From the NCBI GenBank assembly GCA_963751345.1, contig CAVVUS010000024.1:32001-96000 (forward strand): a stretch of DNA of 64,000 nucleotides, read 5' to 3'. Source of the stretch: an uncultured Chloroflexia bacterium (GTDB lineage Bacteria > Chloroflexota > Anaerolineae > B4-G1 > SLSP01). A program made the translations under genes and the position numbers. Under the pieces are notes generated by a model that saw nothing but the letters and a program-made list of their open reading frames with translations, had not been told where the DNA came from and did no database searches. Below are positions 61,424 through 64,000 of this stretch, in pieces. Numbering within the stretch: the stretch's first letter is position 1; each line of letters starts with the position of its first letter.

Positions 61424-64000
61424 ATGTGCCCTGTCGGTTCAGAGCTCAGGATTGAGATAAGCAAGGTCGGCAACAAATACGTCGCGGTCACGGCACAGGG
61501 CGACGGACAGGTTATCCTGAGGAATGAGTTTCAGCACGACTCGTCGGGCCCGCGTGACCTCCGGCCGACGTGGCTTCTTGCCGACAACGATCTTGCCGTA
61601 TCGGAGGATCCGCGCCAGGCGCGACGCGATGTTCGCGGCAAACCGAATCCCACGCGTGCCTCAACAGACGGTCGACGTCTATACCGGTATTTGTTCGGGA
61701 AGGGCAAGGAGCTTCGTGCGTACCTGGTAGAGCATCGCGCGGATGGTCCCGTTTACCTCACCCTTGCCATCGACCGCGAGGCCAGCTCTCTGTGGCGTCT
61801 TCCTTGGGAGTATCTGTTCGACGGCAAGGAATACCTATCTCTCAGCGGCAATATGCGCATCAGCCGCCGCGCCTCAGGCACCCGCTCGCTGATCCTCCAG
61901 CCGTCGACGCTGCCGCTTCGGGTGCTTGCCGTCATCGCGAACCCCGAGGACCAGGCGTCGTTTGACGTCGCCGCCGAATCGACCATCCTCCAGGAGTCGC
62001 TTGAGGATCTCATCAGCCAGGGGAAACTCGATCTGGAGATACTGGCCGAACCTACGAGTTCCGCACTGCTCGAAGCCGTACGGGCGAAGGCCCTATCAGG
62101 TTATCCATTTCATAGGCCACGGCGTCTATCACCTGGCCCAGCATGAGGGCTTCCTGTGCCTTGAAGATGAGATCGGCAAGACGGAACTCGTCAGCGGCGC
62201 ACAACTGCCGCGTTTCCTGGAGGCGAGCCTCTACGCATGGTCGCCACGGCTCTGCCTCCTCTCCACCTGTCAGAACGCACAGGTAGGCGTCTTTGATGCC
62301 TTTGCCGGCGTCGCCAGCGGGCTTCTGCAGCATGATTTCCCCGGCGTACTGACCGTTCCCGCGGGGATGGAGGCGTCCGCCGCGTTAGCCTTCTATAAGA
62401 CGCTGTACGGGGCTCTTGCCAGAGGCGACAAGCTCGTGGACAGTTTGCATGAGGCCCGCATCGCCCTGAAAAAACTGGATGAGGCATACGCTCTCGATCA
62501 ACAGCGGGTTAATTGGGGCCTGCCTGCTCTCTATCAACGGGCGCCGGACCTGCAGTTGGTCGATCCGGAGATTCCGGGTGAGAGCGCAGAAGGTGCGGGC
62601 GCTTCACCGCTCGTCGACACCGGCGCCCAGGTGATGCTAAAGCCGGTCATCGGCCGTAGGCAAGAACTCCAGGCCATCCGCAAAGCGCTGAAGGCCGGCG
62701 CCACAGTTTTCGAGATCTGGGGCAGTGAAGGCATTGGGAAGCGCGATCTGATGTTGCACCTGTTGCCGCGACTGAGGGCAAAGCCCAGTGCATCGCTCGT
62801 CGTTCATTGTCGTGAGGCCATCGAACCTCTCTCCGTGCTGGAAGATATCGCCGAGTTCTGGCGAGATGCTGCTGGCGACCCCGAGGACGAGGCAGCGGAT
62901 ATGCTGCTTGACCCGCGTCTCAATCCGCAGGAGCGTGCGCAGGCAGCCCAGAAACTCAAAGCGAAGAAACGATTTGTCTATTTGTTCGATGGGGTCGATG
63001 CGTGGTTTGACGACCCATCGCAGGCGCCGGGCTCGATCCAAGATACCATACTGCGAGAAATCCTGCTTGGCTTGTTGAGCGTGCCGAGCAGATCCACCTT
63101 CTTCTTCACGGGAGCGCGGCGATGGCAAGATCTCGCCAGGCTCGATACGGAGAACCGGCGCGAAATCCATCTGCCTCTCCTTCCGCTCCAACCATCCATT
63201 CGCCTGATGCACCAATGGCCCGAGCTCCGCCAGATCCCTCTCAGTGATAAGGAGGCCATCCACTGGCAACTGGGCGGCCACCCTATGGCACTGCAACTCC
63301 TGGCGGGGCTGCTGTATCTCGGTGAGGATCTCAACGCGCTTCTCGAATCACCCCCGGTCGCCGAGCGGTCGACAGAGGCGTGGATGACCTACTTGATCGA
63401 GGAGATCCTGGGACATCTTGATCCCGGAGAGTACGATGTTTTCAGGACCCTGGCGGTCCTTAAGCGACCGTTCTCGGCCGCTACAATCTCCGACCTCACA
63501 CCGGTCGCAGCCCAACACACAGGCGCCCTCGTAGAGAAGTGGCGACGTCTCGGGCTTATCGAGGAAGCTCACCCCGATCCCGCAGTTGCCGAGCGGTTCG
63601 TCGTGCAGCCCACGGTTCAACGCCTGATCCAGGGCCGGATGACGCCCGACGAGATCCGAGTACTTCATCGTCAGGCGGCTGCCTACTACGGGGCTCCACT
63701 GATTGACGCAGCTCGGCGGCAGGTATTGGCGCGAAATATCACGGCCTGGTCCCCGGAAAGGATCACGTGGCTTGCGCGCGACGAGAACGGCATCCTGGGT
63801 GTCTGGCTACGACAACCCGATGAGGCCACCCACCCACCCCGGATCGTTGAGCGCGCCATGGCGTGGGAGTACCATCTGGTTGCGGCTGGCGACTTGGAGG
63901 GTGCAGCCCACATCGCACGCACGCTGGCGCCGGAGCTCAACCGCCGGGGACAACGTGACCTTGCACGACGCCTGCACGAACGCGCCGCCAGCAGCGACTG
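61424..64000 (+). CDS. CHAT (caspase-like) protease - STAND/NB-ARC-like ATPase - helical repeat protein; frameshift near 62090; runs off the window
   Basis: LPWEYL. Hand translation after the shift gives IHFIGHG, LLSTCQ, NWGLPALY, IGRRQEL, GSEGIGKR, YLFDGVD and GGHPMAL, open to 64000. Confidence 0.85.

Noticed and set aside
62637-63940. Minus-strand ORFs at the right end
   Set aside because: They are shadows of the plus-strand CHAT-STAND frame, which is unlisted because it has no stop in the window.

Overview
GC-rich bacterial chromosomal window. The gene repertoire (Pro/Thr-rich lipoprotein, REC-CpaE Tad locus, LuxR-Kelch, Ser/Thr kinases, CHAT-STAND) suggests Chloroflexota, probably Anaerolineae; this is inference. 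Many 1-bp indels split ORFs, including conserved genes (hisF, hisG, lon), so the sequence looks like an under-polished long-read assembly. Contents by region: 1-21.7 kb is accessory, with a 54-nt poly-A tract, an MNT-HEPN toxin-antitoxin pair, sugar catabolism genes (GH51, GH95, TIM-barrel epimerases, Gfo/Idh/MocA), MscS and a glycyl-radical activase lacking its partner. 21.8-25.8 kb holds an FHA-winged-helix regulator, a membrane Ser/Thr kinase, a Trp-rich membrane protein and an acyltransferase. 25.8-33 kb is the hisGDCBHAF(IE) operon with an unannotated His-leader attenuator. 33-39 kb has two tandem SPFH proteins, a TPR protein with a degenerate S24-like domain, pfkB and a Zn-dehydrogenase. 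39-64 kb has folC, lon, hpf, comF, a Tad cluster, ftsY, prfB (programmed frameshift), tilS, dNK, a LuxR-TM-Kelch regulator, tsaD, an M24 peptidase, der and a CHAT-STAND protein that runs off the window. The best candidates for an undescribed system are the kinase/FHA-wHTH/membrane-partner module and the tandem-SPFH/TPR-S24 operon. No rRNA, tRNA, CRISPR array or transposase was recognised.
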